The notes under the pieces are model-generated. The model ran no database searches and was not told the origin of the DNA. It saw only the letters and a list, made by a program, of their open reading frames with translations. A stretch of DNA of 58,176 nucleotides, filler included, from Diploschistes diacapsis (lineage: Eukaryota), in NCBI GenBank assembly GCA_023645945.1. It is 6 parts of 6 records of this genome, joined end to end, with 100 filler letters (N's around TTAATTAATTAA, not from the genome) between each part and the next. Parts side by side here need not be neighbours in the genome. Positions count along the whole stretch, not along the records: positions 9,723 to 19,343 come from JALAIB010001013.1; positions 19,444 to 29,055 come from JALAIB010001014.1; 4 more parts are not named here. One strand, given 5' to 3'. Shown here piece by piece: positions 9,723 to 22,867 of the stretch. The stretch's first letter is position 1. Every line of letters starts with the position of its first letter. A program made the position numbers and the translations under genes.

Positions 9723-12502
9723 AGGTATGATGTCCACCTCTGCAGTACTAGGTATATTGCATTGAACACAGCGAGAGTGATAAGTAAAGGCTTCGAGGTT
9801 TTGAAGGTGCAGGGGAGAAAAAAAATGAAGGAAGATTGCCAAGCGTAGGATTAGAAGTAATAGAAGGTGAGTGTATTCAACCGCCGTAACCAAGCTATCG
9901 GATCAAAAAAACAACCCCGATCATTCTATCCGCGTTTTCAGTGCTCGTGCTTGCATGCAGTGCTTGGACGCACCGTTTCCTTTCCGAGAGTCTTTCTCCA
10001 GCGCGCTTGCTCGATAGCGCTTATCCCCCCTGCCAGAGCCTCGGAAGGCCTTTTGTGCCACATCAAAGCCAATTGCTGCAAGTCGTCCACCGTTCCGAGC
10101 GCCCGTCATATGTTGTTTGAAGTGGTTGCCGAAGGCCTGAACCGGAGACGAAGGCGCTCGGGCGCGAAGACAGGAGAGAGAGACGGGGCGAGACCAAAGA
10201 GGTTGGATGCGGCTGGGGCTCGGGCTCGGGCGGAGATCACATCGTGGTCCGCGGGGCCCTTTATACTTGTCTTCGAGCCTTTGGTATCAATCGATTCCGA
10301 GCTGGCTGTTCGTGGGTACCTGGGCGCACTATGCTTAGTGCCAAGCCACATACACTTGTTTCACGGGACTGGCAGTCCGTTGGTCAAGTTTTTTTTCATC
10401 CATCATCGCCGCCTCCATCCTCGTCCTCCTCCCCTGTCTCCTCGAGCCTCCCGCGCCCATGCCTCGAATCCAAAGACTTTCTGGGACCTTCTCGTCTTCC
10501 ATCCCTTGTTCGTTCCGCCGCTTTATAAGCACGAGCGATTTGGCCATTCGTTGAGCGACGGTGGAGAATGCTGAAGTAATCCACATGGAATACGAAGTCC
10601 ACCTCCTTTAAACCGTGGGAAAAAAAACAGTAGCAGACGGTTCGTTTGTGCAGGGTTGGTGCCGAGGAGCATGATCGTGCTGCCGTACAACGTTTCTGTG
10701 GGCCTAAGATCGACAGCCAAGCCTCCTCCATGATCGTCGTGCTTGATACTGATCGCCTCCAGTGCCGGGAGCAGATCTGCGTACCGGTGCATGAGGGTGC
10801 CCGGAAAAAAAAAACCGAAGCTCGTTGTGCCTGGAATCCACATTTCGTGTTGTGTTGCGGTTTGTCAAGCTCTCCGTCGCCATTGCGTGATGCCTTCCGT
10901 GTTGGACTTGCATCGCCATAGCCTTTCCTACATATTTGGGAGTTGGTGTACTCATTAGTTGTTTGTATTTGCCGTACTCAGGCCACTGAGGACCTTTCTG
11001 GAGCGGCAACAAGTCATCAAGTCGACCGTCTGCAAGTTGTCCGCCGATTACGATTGAGCTAACATCTATAGCAACATATGCGAATTACGCAGGCGCGTGC
11101 AAGAAGAAATACGTGTACCCTACCACGGAATATATGGGTATTCGGAATTAGCCATTGGTGGCATTATTCGAATGATATATAAGGCACGTAATCCCAACTT
11201 TGCTCCTACCAAAATTAGCGTGGATACTTATTATAGCATTCTTAGCAGCAATGTATAAAGGAGGGTACTCAAAACATTACGGATCTCTGAAGGCTACCGG
11301 AACGTGAGCCATCTAGCCTCTGACCGCGCTGGCTTTCTCCTTGATTACACAAAACTGCACGGTGCATAGTTCAGACTTGCACAGCTGGTTGGGCTTGCCT
11401 CCCCATGGCCCTGGCTACTTTCCCTGGGACAGCCCCTTGAGCTATCTCGAAAGTTCCGGGGTGGGCAAGCCTTCTCGCTGGCGGGTTTTGTGGTTTTCAT
11501 AGAGCAGAGGGGGTTCGAAAGAGTTCTTGTCAGCGTATCTGGAGTATTACGAGTTAATCAACGCTTTCTGAGCCGATCAGCGCGACAGAGCGAGTACCCA
11601 AGTGGTCAAGCTCAAGGTCTGACGGATCCCTATCGGCGCTGGTTCAGCGGTAGACTTGGCCTTTCTGTTCCAGCGTTGACGTGCCCTGGAGCCATAGGAA
11701 AACGGCTGGTGGCTGCTGCATCACTGGAGTCTATTCGAACCAGTGGACAAGGAATGTACTATTACCGGAATCTCTAACAAGAAGACACCGAGAGAACTCT
11801 AATGGTTCGAGCAGAAGCGCACAGAGTCAGCATTATAAGGCAACTGGAATCAACATCACATTCTGGCATAGCTTGGCGCCTAATCATGGCGCGCGAGCTC
11901 AGATGTCACTTATTACATCCTCGTAGAGTAAGCACTGTGCGCTATGGGGTATCTCAAAAAGCTGTGATGCTTTGGGCCACGGCTATAATCCGCGCTGCGA
12001 GTTCTACAGTATCTTGATTGAAAAGAGGTTTTCTTAACCAATCGAGGGGATGGCGTTGCAGCAGGGCTTGGCAGTCGTCGACCTTTGGAGGCTGGAAAGG
12101 GTAACGCAACCCTTTTCCCCGGGACCTTCTTTTCCTCTCATGGAAGGAAGATATCAGTTACTTGCCTGTAGGTTATTTGTACTCGACGCACTCGGATTGA
12201 GTCAAAACTTGCTCTTTACATTCGATAATGCCATTCATTTCAAAACCTATTTAAGGTGAGGTTTTTGAGGGCCCGAGTACAAAGTCGTATCACAAGGTAA
12301 AATCGTTCTAGGCTACCTCTCGCACGGTATGAACAGAATATTAACGCCAGATAATCTGGGTCTGGGCAATGTATCGCGCGGTTCTTTGCTTCGCTTGCGC
12401 GCAATGATCGGATGTGCATAGCTAGTATGCTCACAGCGATTGAATCAGTATCCGATGAACATATTTTTAAAGCACATATTAATCCGACAAAAGCTCGCTC
12501 CG

Positions 12503-13658
12503 TTAGCCAGGTACCGAGTTTCCACCCTGCCCAATGAAGTTCTCTGTCTCGGGCTTCGCTGTGGCTAAATCGAGGGCCTGAGGCAAACTCCCGGAAATCC
12601 TCTTCGAGTGAGCTTTTGTATCATGTTCCGTACAGACCTCCGTGCCCTTCTTCGCCGCCCCCTCGTACTCTCGTTGACGCTTGCGATCAGATACCAACTG
12701 CCTGGCTTCCCGCCACCGAAGATGTGACCGCAGATTGTCTTCCATTTGGACGTGCCTGACCACTTTTTGCAAGCTTTCGACGCCGTGGCCGACCGAGCAG
12801 ATGGTTTTCGAACTCAACCTCGGAAAGCTTTTGGAGGAGTCAAAGAAGAGGTCTGCGCCTCCCTTTCCACAGCGTAAATTTCGTCCAAACAGCAGAGAAC
12901 CCGAGCTCGTTTAGCAAGAGATTATCCTCATGCACACTGTGCTGCATCTACCTTGCGATGATTCGAACTCCACGATAATCTTCCTCAGGCTCGGAGAAAC
13001 CTTGCATTAGTAGCCGAGATAGTGGGCGTCCCCAAGGCTTAAAAAATACAATTGGCAGTGTACCTTGGACATCGGACAAGTTCGTGAAAAATACTTACAA
13101 TACTCAAGCCTGGGCTGCAACCACATGTGTGCACTGCAAGCTTCTCGACGAACTCCAGTCATGGGTTCGCTTTCATACCTGCAATCCATGAAATTGGGGG
13201 CGTCAGTGCGTACGCCAGAGCCAACGGAGAATATGCTGTTCTTTCAACGACTCTTTGGCCTCAGCTTCGTACGGCTTCGAGGATATGAACGCTGGCGCCA
13301 CCAGTCCCCTTCCGGAGAAGGCCGGAATCCGGGTTCGCTAGAGGACGCATATTCGCCCGGGTTGGTATGCTGGTAGATGACCCTATTGGGTGGGAATCCA
13401 AGGTCATGTATACCACTCCCTTTTACCCACATTTCTTCCAAGATTCGAAGAGGAAAATCTCCTATGCCTTGCCATGATCTTCTAGAGCGGCTTGCCCTCC
13501 ACGCCCTGGATGGCGTGGGCGAAATAACAACGTTCCTTGCCTCTTCGCCAGACGTACAAAATCAGTCATAATCGGCTGATCGGAGATCACTGCCACTTTC
13601 AATAATATGCTCTCCGATCTCCTTTGGGAGGTCTTTGAACATCGGAAAAGCCATCATT
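12503..13658 (-). pseudogene. Decayed gene with F-box-like/2EXR-like N-terminus
   Basis: Starts MMAFPMFKDLPKEIGEHIIE (F..F..LP.EI...I pattern). ORFs 13562-13792, 13244-13441, 13007-13189 and 12503-12817 share one frame, separated by in-frame stops. Confidence 0.45.
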
Positions 13659-14249
13659 GATAGGATACAGATGGCATAGTGGTGGGAGGAGGAGAGGCGA
13701 GACGAGAAAAAGAAAACTGGAAGTAGTTTCTTATATATAGGTATTTTGTGGCCCAAGCATAGCCGTAAGACTCCCAGCAGCAGCGATACCATCCATGTAG
13801 GCTCGAAACGGAAGTGTGAGGGCGGGTCTGTGCTGATTATCCTCGTTTAGAAAGCATCGGGCGATGACATCGCAGGCCAGGCAGGCGGCCTGAGAACTTG
13901 ATCATATATATGAGAACGACATGTCCCCGCAAGGTAGCATCTTAGGGAGCCTGCGGCTCCACACTTTGTCGGAAACCGTTCATAATAAGAAGTCGTTCTG
14001 TTTTCCGGCCGTTGCTTATCAAATACCTTTCTTCATCATGAGACTTATTCGTTCCTCAAAGTCCTTGGATCTCTTGCTATTATTTTCAACCGATTACTGC
14101 ATACTTTCCAAGGTCTTGCACTCAACGCCCCGCCGATGCTAACAAGCTTTAGATGTAGCTTAACCAACATTATATTGCATGGAGCCACTAACACTCTGCA
14201 GGCTAGACTTCAAGTGCTTGACTGCTTCATCTCCTCCTTCTCCGCCTCC

Positions 14250-15330
14250 TATCCAACCACCTCAGCCATGATAAAGGCAAGCTCCTTCTCATCCACGAGT
14301 GTGGCCTCCGTTTCAGCATACCCTGCCACCCTCTTTTGCGGCCTTTACCCTTTCGTTCCTCTCAGTCATCGACTTCTGAAAGTGAGCCTCGAGACGGAAA
14401 CATTCCGGTAACCGCACCTGCTCCTCCTCCACTATCTCCTGCCGCCTAACCAAATCGTAATCTAGCCTGATCAGGAGTATGAACTGCTCCATGTCGGGCC
14501 ACAAGGACAGCTTGCTTGCTGATTCATCGAAGTGAACGCCAGAAGGATCGAATTGCATCCAATAGAAAGTATGGCGAAGCTGGTGCGCCAAGAACTGGTC
14601 TACTTTGAGACTGTCATAGTACCCGGTACCGCGACGGTCCATGCATACCCACATGTATGTAAGACGGGGAAGATCCGCGCGTGGAGGGCCGCGTTGTGAA
14701 TATGCTTGCCCTTTAGGCGGACTAGAGTTTGCTGGGATTGAGGGAGGTGCAGATGAGCTACTACGGTTCTTGCCGCAAATCTCGATATCACGTATTCGGA
14801 TCTTGGGAAGACTAGGTAGCATTGGTGGAGGTGTGGTGTGTGAAGCTCCAGGTGCCTTAGCGAAGAACCACTCTCAATACAAAAGTAATGCAAGCGAAAG
14901 AACGTTGCGAGACAGCCTGGGTAGAGGGCTTTGCAGGTGAAGGCGGTGGCGAGGAACTCAGAGGGCCTGCACTTGCGGCCGTTGGTGGCTCAGAAAGCAG
15001 TAGAAGTTAAGGAGAGATACCTAGCGAACCAAAAAGGTCGAAAATGCGGTCTCCCGAGAGAGTTCCACTGGGTCGCACGGTCTTCGTAGACTTCATAGAA
15101 ACGCAAGGTAAACCCACGGTTTGGAGCTCTTGCAACCGTCTTAGGGCTCGAAGAACTGCAGGCTTTCCGAGACTTTAGCGGCAGCGTCTTTCTTCCTTCC
15201 CTCTTGATTTCGCCAATGAGGTTATCAACATTGACGAGGATGGAATTCAGTGCAATGACTACATAGTTGCAGATTTCGAGCCAAATCTCCAAAGACTGAT
15301 AAGCAAGAAGGAAGAAACAATAAGAAACGG
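14250..15330 (-). pseudogene. Decayed F-box-like hypothetical protein gene
   Basis: 'FLLAYQSLEIWLEICNYV' (degenerate FL.LP.EIR..IY.YV) and 'LATAFTCKALYPGCLATFFRLHYFC' (degenerate L.TCRQIY.EA...FY....F) in one frame with a TGA at 14990; frameshifts near 14830 and 14340. Confidence 0.5.
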
Positions 15331-16967
15331 GAAAAATGGCATCACGTGGTAGACAGTTTGTTGTAGTATTCACCGGGTCTCTCATTAAGAGTCCTAGAGA
15401 TTGTACCATAACAAGTGTGAATTGTACTGCAGGAATGTTCAGGTGAACTAGATTGTCACGGCTTGTGTTGAATGTGTAAACTTCGAATACTCTTTTTCAA
15501 GCACAAATAAAGGTCAGCGCCCTTGTAAGTGGAGTGCTCCCAGGTCTATAGGTCAAGGAGCAACCCCGTGAAGTCGTATACTGAAGCTAGGAGAAGACAC
15601 ACTTGGGAAATTGAGAAACTGGGTTCGAGTATGTAGTATTCTGTAGCATAAGATTAGGAATTAGAATGGCAGGTATGCCATGGCAGTAGTAGAACTATTC
15701 CAGCAAAGGATAATGCTAGAGTCGAGCTTTGATAGGCCGATGAAGTAGCTCAACTTTTACTTTCCCATGAGAGCCTCACTTACCTTGAGATGGTATCAAT
15801 ACTAACGACTGCCACATCTATCATGACCAAGTAGCCGCCCTGTTTCAACCGTTAACGCAGCAATGCAGGAGGCCAACAGCGGAGCCCAAGCTCTTCACTT
15901 GACGGCCTCCATATAGACCAGGCCTGTCTTTCGACTTTGGCATCATCACAGCAACCAAGAATTACGCACACACCGGCTCTAACGCGTAGCTGACAATATG
16001 GACGCCAGTAAATCCTTTCGTCCCGATTGACTCAAGGCTTCCAATTGCGTTCACGGAGCTCTTATTCGCATCTTGTATCTTCCCTAAATGTGGGCTATAA
16101 CTGAAGTTGGTCATGTTATCATTCCAAGCCTGGCAGCAAAGCTATTATCCACATTATTATATGCGCATGGGTAGATGCCCTGCGATAAGTTCTTGCGGAG
16201 AGAAGTATATTCTATTGCTGAATATTATTAAGCCAGCGACGGTGGAGTATAGTTGACAATCTGGCCTAAAGCCCATGTGAGTCGATCCCAGGGGTGGATT
16301 ACTTGATAAAACTGAGCTTTCAGAGCCCATACGTTCCTGGTCCAGCATAGAGCATTCGGAGTTAGAAACAAGTGGCACTAGAAGTAAGCGCAAGAGTTTT
16401 GCAGTAACCTTACTACTAAAAGATAAGGAACTGCCTTTTCCGCATCACTCAACAGGTATATATCTTCGTACTTGAGGTTGTACTAAAACAATATCCTCTA
16501 TAACGTCCTCAAGTAAGCAATCAACTGGTCCAACTTTGGCAGCCATACTGTTGCATGCTCAATCCCTACACCGGCCATAAACATACAAATCGAAATCCTC
16601 CTCAACAAGCAGGTGAATAGACCGAGAGTTCAAGTCGCTAGAACAAGACCGGCAGGTTCTTTTCTTGCCCATTTAGAGTCTTGGAAGATGAAATCAGGCC
16701 GGCCTATCTAGATGAATGAACAAGAGTAAGAGAGAGATGAAGATTTGAATTTCAAATGAGTATCTAATGGTCTTTGTCAGCCGATGATGACTTGGCAAGG
16801 GTTTCTGGCTTTGTCAGCAGGAAAAAAGGGGGTTTCTCACTCGAGTATCTCTGAGATGGATCAGGAAACCAGGAATAGCAAGCCAAGCAGAATTCGTGAG
16901 CTGACAAGAGTTGGCGAGCTCGTAAGGTCTTTGGATAAGTACACAGTTTGTTTAAAGGCCTTTTAAC

Positions 16968-17944
16968 CTACCGCACCATCCACGCCCGCACAACCCAAGC
17001 CGCCAAAAGCGCCCCAACAGCCCACGGCGCCATGCTCCTCACCACGTTCGCAAGCGCACGTCTCGTGACCGCCACCATCAACTCATCCAAAGCCTCCTTA
17101 TCATTGACCGTCGGGAACGGCTCGTCCGGAACATCCTTCCCCAGAAAGCTGCACAGCGAACCCCACCCATCCTCCAGCCTATACTCCAACAGCCTCTCCT
17201 CCGGCGTGACTCTCCGCACAAGCTCATAATGCCTCCGATACACATCGCGCATGCCCGCCCTCATCGTCTCCGGCGTCCTCCCATCGAACGCCCCCCATCT
17301 CCACCGCTGATGCCCCTCATACAGCCGTCCAAGCCACGCCGGGTCCAGCTTCGCAAGGCACCGGTTCACCCAGCTGAACAGCGGCGGGACGAGGTTTCTG
17401 TCGAAGCTGCGGGCCCACGCCTCGACGTCCCGCTCCACCAGAATGACTTTGGCTTCCGGGTACGCGCGCACGAGCTCCTCCGCGAAGAAGCAGGCCGGCG
17501 GGTCGGCGGAGACGGCGCTGTAGCCGCCGAGCAGCTGGTCGAAGTCTTGGCGGGTCAACGGTGGGCCGCGGTTGGAGAACTTGGCGTCTTGGGCCAGGAT
17601 CCACAGGTCGCTGTCCTGGGGGTTGGAGAACCAGACGACAGACTGCTTGCACGGGCTGGGATTACTGCTTATGCTGGGCCTGCTCAGTTGCGTGTTTGGA
17701 CTTACGTGGTATGATTTGTAGCCGAGCGTGTTGAGGGCGTAGTGCATTGCTAGGGTCGAGTTCAGTTCGCTGCTGCTTGGGCAGTGCTGTCGAGGCTGTA
17801 CTCACACATGGTCCCGGTTCGGGGAAAGCTTAGGTTCAGGACCTGCATCGGAACATGGCGCTCCCCCTTGCGCCGGTCGATATGTGTCTTTTGGGCGAAG
17901 AGCTCAGGGCAGCGGTCTTTGAGCGATACTGTGGGTTTCGCCAT
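16968..17944 (-). CDS. Fungal sulfotransferase-family P-loop protein (Sulfotransfer_4-like; often labelled NAD-dependent epimerase)
   Basis: 'PMQVLNLSFPRTGT|SMHYAL..LGY..YH', 'FDQLLG', 'ELVRAYPEAKVILVERDVEAWARS', 'LEDGWGSLCSFLGKDVPDEPFPTVN' and a C-terminal TM; introns ~17805-17752 and ~17704-17653. Confidence 0.88.
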
Positions 17945-19144
17945 GCTCAGCAAGTGATGTGAGATGCAGTCTTGGATCTGTAGAGAAAGGGCCGGAGGAT
18001 AAAGCTCAGTCACTGATGCAGGGAATATTGCTATCGCCCGACCCAGGTTATGAGTTAATCAACTGACATTATCTCAGAAGATATACTCGTCGATTCACCC
18101 AGCAAACATGTGACTTGCACCACTTGAGAAATAAGCTCACCCACTTTTGCAGTTTGCTGTGGTCAATCATTGTCTTGCTCCAAAGTCTAACCATCCTACA
18201 GAGGAATAACCCGACTCGTCTTAACAGGAATCTCATCCATGATCCCTCCTGTACCTTGTGCTCAGGACCTTCCGCCGACCTATCGATCCTTCCCTAGAAC
18301 ATCTCAATCTGCTACTACCTCCATATTCTGAGAAGCACAAAATGCAATACCCCCTCCCTCTCCTTCACTCTTTCCAACACGCATTCAATCATGGGAAGCC
18401 GCCACTCTCGCTCCTTCGAAAGGTCCCCGATCGATCCGACGAAAAAACGACAGACGCTAGGTGGGAGAACACCCAAGCAGTTGTCCAGAAATACACATTC
18501 ACGCAACTCCCAAACCCACCACCACCTCCATATACATGAACACCTCTGCAAATGCCACCAACAACAAAACCCCCCAGTGCAGACACATTCGCAGTGCCAG
18601 CCACAGTCCCAGTTTTACCGCCGCGCAAGACCCACCTCCCCCCTTTTTTCCGTATTTCCATATTATCCACATCCCAATGCCAAAAAGCCGCTTGTGGAAA
18701 AAAAAAAAGAAAAAAAACCAGCCTCCCGCCCCTCCAAACAAACTCACCACCAGCAGTAAAAAAAGGAAAGAAGAAAGAAACCTTGGAAGAAGGAAATTGT
18801 TTCAAACCTCGTGCCGCGAACCCTTTACAAAAGCATCTTCATAACGTTGGCACTATGCAGCAAATTCTCCGTTGCTTGCTTACGTGCGGATAGAGGGGGC
18901 GTGAGTGTCGCGTGTCCCAAAGTCAAGGACAGTAGATGAAAGGAGGCCGGCTGAATGGGGGAGAGAGAGAGGAGCGAAAGAGAGATACTAGACAAGAGGC
19001 CAATGTGCGAAGAGCAGATGAGGACGTTTGATGTTCCTGCAGCCGTGTGGGGCACGAGGAGGAGGCGCCGGGTGGCTCGTTTGGTAGGGTGGCATGTGTG
19101 CTGCTGTTTATTGCTGTGGAGCTTCATCCTTGTGTGATTCAGGA

Positions 19145-19343
19145 TCAGTGGACTTTAAGCTCCTCCTCTGCCTCCCTCCTGGCCGCCTCTGTGCCTACCG
19201 GACCATCTTCCTCACCACCCTTCGTGGCCTCTGCGTCCACGTCCTCGGCGGCGTCCTCCTTCCCCTCTCCCATCCTCCCTTCGCTCCCCTCTCCCCGCTC
19301 TTTCCTCCTCTCCCTCTCCCGCTCCTCCTCCTCCCTCCTCTCC
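19145..19343 (-). CDS. 3' fragment of an unidentified gene (E/R/G-rich C-terminus), truncated by the contig end
   Basis: Open frame from the gap: ERREEERERERRKERGEG...EAARREAEEELKVH* (TGA 19147-19145). Confidence 0.5.
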
Positions 19344-19443
19344 NNNNNNNNNNNNNNNNNNNNNNNNNNNNNNNNNNNNNNNNNNNNTTAATTAATTAAN
19401 NNNNNNNNNNNNNNNNNNNNNNNNNNNNNNNNNNNNNNNNNNN
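19344..19443. other. Artificial contig spacer
   Basis: N44-TTAATTAATTAA-N44. Confidence 0.99.
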
Positions 19444-20269
19444 CGCCCCCTCTCAACCAAACCCCATCTACTCCATCCAACCCTCCGGCGCACACAGCCT
19501 TTCGGCCATCTCCTCGCGAGCCTTCCTCCTCGGCTGCACGCTCGGCATATCCACAGCCCTTACTCTCTACCTCGCCATCTCCGCTCACTCTCCCCTCTGG
19601 CGCGCCCCCTTCTTCATAGCCTCCCTCGCGCTCTTCCACTTCCTCGAATTCTGGGTGACGGCGCGGTACAACTCGCCCCTCGCCACGACCAAAGCCTTCC
19701 TCCTCGCATCGAACGGCTGGGCATACCAAGTCGCCCATGGACTCGCGCTGATCGAAACGAGCCTCACGCACGGGCCATTCGCCTCGCGCAACGTAGCGGA
19801 CAGCACCAGGGGTAGCTTTTACGCGACATGGCTGCCCAGCCTCGACCTGTCGGCCATGGTGGCCATCGGCCTGGCGATGATGCTGGTCGGGCAGCTCAGC
19901 CGCTCGGTGGCCATGGCGGAGGCGGGCTCGAATTTCAACCACGTTGTGCAGATGCGGAGGAATAGGGGACACGAGCTGGTTACGACGGGGATATACGGGG
20001 TGCTGAGGCATCCGAGTTATTTTGGGTTCTGGTGGTGGGGTCTGGGGACGCAGGTGGTGCTGGGGAATGCGGTGTGTTTTGTTGGGTATGCGGTTGCGCT
20101 TTGGAGGTTCTTTAAGACGAGGATCGAGAGTGAGTGTTTCCCCTGGTTGGACTGGTGATTGGGGTGCTAATGGTGAGCAGGAGAGGAGGAGCTACTGGTC
20201 AAGTTCTTTGGGGATGATTACGTACGGTATAAGCAGCAGACCAGAGTGGCTATTCCTTTTATTCCGTGA
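19444..20269 (+). CDS. STE14: Isoprenylcysteine carboxyl methyltransferase (5'-truncated)
   Basis: 'FHFLEFW', 'AFLL..NG..Y', 'AGSNFNHVVQ', 'HELVTTGIYGVLRHPSYFGFWWW', and 'RIE|REEELLVKFFGDDY..Y' after intron 20130-20180; stop 20267-20269. Confidence 0.95.
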
Positions 20270-20966
20270 AGGCTTGATCAGGCACGATACACGGCGCTTT
20301 TCTCAGTATCAGCGGCTGCATTGCTCGCAGGCCTGACGGCCGGTAATCGGAATCTGACCTAACCCCGGAGCATACGTTCTGGACCGAAGACTCAGCAATA
20401 TACAGGTTAAGAACAAGTTTTGGGCAAGGGCAAGGCCAAAGAACAGGGCCATCTTACCGCCAAACTACTCTACAACCAGTACACATCCATGACTATCGCG
20501 CGCGTATCCGCGTCTATCATATAAGACATTTCAGGGGTAGACAAACCTTCTAGCAAGGAAGCCCCTTCTAGAGGTTGGACTTCATACAGAATTAAACAGG
20601 CACTTCGGGATCCGGATTCTTCCACCACAGCATTTGGTATGGCCTTGTAGAGATTTTGCACATGATACCAAACTACTTTCCCCGCCATGACCCGCTTTAT
20701 CACCGATGGTTCTGGATCAGCCGGAAAGGGATTGACGATCCTTTTTGGACTGCTCTAGTGGTCAACGGCTTTTAATATCCTAAGAAAAGACCCGTCGGAT
20801 TTCGGAGGTGCTCCCAACTTTTGGGTTGCATGCAACTTCTTCAGAAATGAGGCTAAAGTCATGGTAGCATTGCGCAAGGCGCACGTGACGAGCTTTTTGT
20901 AATTGTATCAATAGAGCATGTGCAGGTAGAAATGAGATCGCTCAATATACATCAAAAGAATCACAA

Positions 20967-22003
20967 TCAGTCAAATCTCGTCCTCTTCGCTCCGCCAGGC
21001 TTCTGGCCGAAATACTGCGTGTAGCCATAGTAAGCTCCACCAGCAACCATGGAGAACAGCACCACCTTGACGAAGAACCAGCCCCAGCCTGACTTCTTCG
21101 CCGCCTTCGATCCCGGGAAGCCCTGCCTGCCCGGCCTGGCGCCCGGATGCGGGGCCGACTTGGGGGCCTCGTTGGTGGAGCTCTGATATAGGTTGCTGGT
21201 CTCGACTTTCACGATGTCAAAGTTGTCGCTGAGCTCGCCCGTCTCGGCGCTGAAGCCGAGGTAGGCCACGGACGGCAGCTTCACAGGGCCCGTCTCGAAG
21301 CAGTTGGTCCAGGTGCTCTCGGACTTGTACTGCAGGTCGAGCTTCAGGGACTTGTCTTGGTAGTATTGCAGCCTAGCCTTGGTGGGTACCGAAGCACCGC
21401 GTAGGCCTCGGGCCTGCTGAGGGTTAGCAAGTCCCCGTCGAGGTCACAGACGGGGTTTCTCCGCACCGAGCAGAAAGCGATGTCCTGATCCTTGCCATCC
21501 GTGTTCTTGTTATATGACGTCTTTCCGTCCCCTACCATGGCCATGACCATTGGGAAGACGACGCCCGGCCGCTCGTTCTTGTACGTGTCGAAGAAGATGC
21601 CCAAGCCCTCGAAGTTATCCGCATGTCCAAACACGGGCCCCGGCTGTGCCCTCTGCTTCGTGATCCACAATGCCATTCCGTCTCCGTGGAGCGTCTTTTT
21701 GCCGTGGATCTTGAACTCGACCTCGATCTCCCAATTCGAGGCCGTCAGTGGTATCTTGGAGAATAGCCACCCGGTCCGAGACTGCAGATCGCTTGCCAAA
21801 CGGATGTATTGGTCCGCTCGCACGATGGCGTCGCCGCCGAAATCGAACCATCTGCTTTGCAGATCCGAGTCGAGGTACGGCGTGCTTATGCTGTGAGTGC
21901 GGAGATTGATCCGCTTCGTGTTGTCGGGGAGGGCGTCATCGGTGCCGGCAAATACCGCGCCGGCCCATGCTGCCAGCAGGCATAGTAGCGGGGTGAAGAA
22001 CAT
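20967..22003 (-). CDS. L-type (legume-like) lectin, VIP36/ERGIC-53/Emp46-47 family
   Basis: Signal peptide, 'WEIEVEFKIHG', 'GDGMALW', 'GPVFG', 'FEGLGIFFDTYKN', 'YLGFSAETGELSDNFDI', a TM helix and a C-terminal KRTRFD; intron 21466-21414. Confidence 0.93.
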
Positions 22004-22314
22004 GGCGAGGAGGGTAGGGATGCCCCAGTTAGGCCGGCCCTGGGAAGAGAGAGGAAATAGAGAGTGGTTAGAAATTTGTACAAGGGGAAGAATGTCCTGC
22101 GAATTCTGCGTGGCCCATCAATGAGTGGAGATAAGTCGGGCCGAGTGTTAAGCTCCGATGAATCGGCCTGGGGAAGGCTGACTTTTTCTGAACTCGATAT
22201 TCAATTTAAGCCTACAATAACAAGCCACTTTCATCACACAACACTTGCTACCGCTTTGAGCCCTGCCATCTAACTACCTACCTACTTATCCACTCGCTCT
22301 GTGCTACACCCAAG

Positions 22315-22660
22315 ATGGACAGCTCCATCGACACTCAAAACACCGCCAGCGCCTCAAAAGAGGAAATCATGAGGTCGATGCGAGACCAAGCCAACCAGTT
22401 GAACGTATCTACAATTATCAACGCAAGATTTCTGCAATCCGAAAATCCTTAAGACAGCCACTAACAAGGCGGTGCAGACAACCCACAAGGTCTGCTTCCA
22501 GCATTGCATAGCCAACCCGAGTGCTTCTCTTTCCTCGAGCGAAGTGCAGTGCCTTTCGGACTGCGGACAAAAGTACCTGCACATGTTGGACGTCGTGAGC
22601 AAGCAGTGGAACCAGGGCATGAATGCTATGAGAAAAGGGGGGATGGGAGGGTCGATGTAA
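22315..22660 (+). CDS. TIM13: Mitochondrial small Tim chaperone, Tim13-like
   Basis: Twin CX3C (CFQHC...CLSDC), 'NPSASLSSSE', 'KY....VVS'; exon 1 from ATG 22315, exon 2 from 22478. Confidence 0.85.
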
Positions 22661-22867
22661 TGACGGCTCAGAACCAAAACTTGTACCATCATCGCATTCT
22701 GTACGAGAAGGGAATGGAGCAGGGAGGCATGAATTCTGGGCACAAGCAGTGGCATCGGGGGAGTTTTGGCGGAGTATTATCAAGATCATGTAATTTCTGA
22801 ACAGAAGCAACACTCGCCACTACCACACCATCGCGGCCAAAGTCACGAATTCCCCACCTCGTTCCCA

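Noticed and set aside
9867..11012. 235-aa ORF and overlapping ORFs
   Set aside because: No recognisable motifs, non-ATG starts and homopolymer runs; looks like intergenic/UTR sequence.
18258..18893. Cluster of overlapping ORFs
   Set aside because: Products of low-complexity A/C-rich sequence with no coherent protein.
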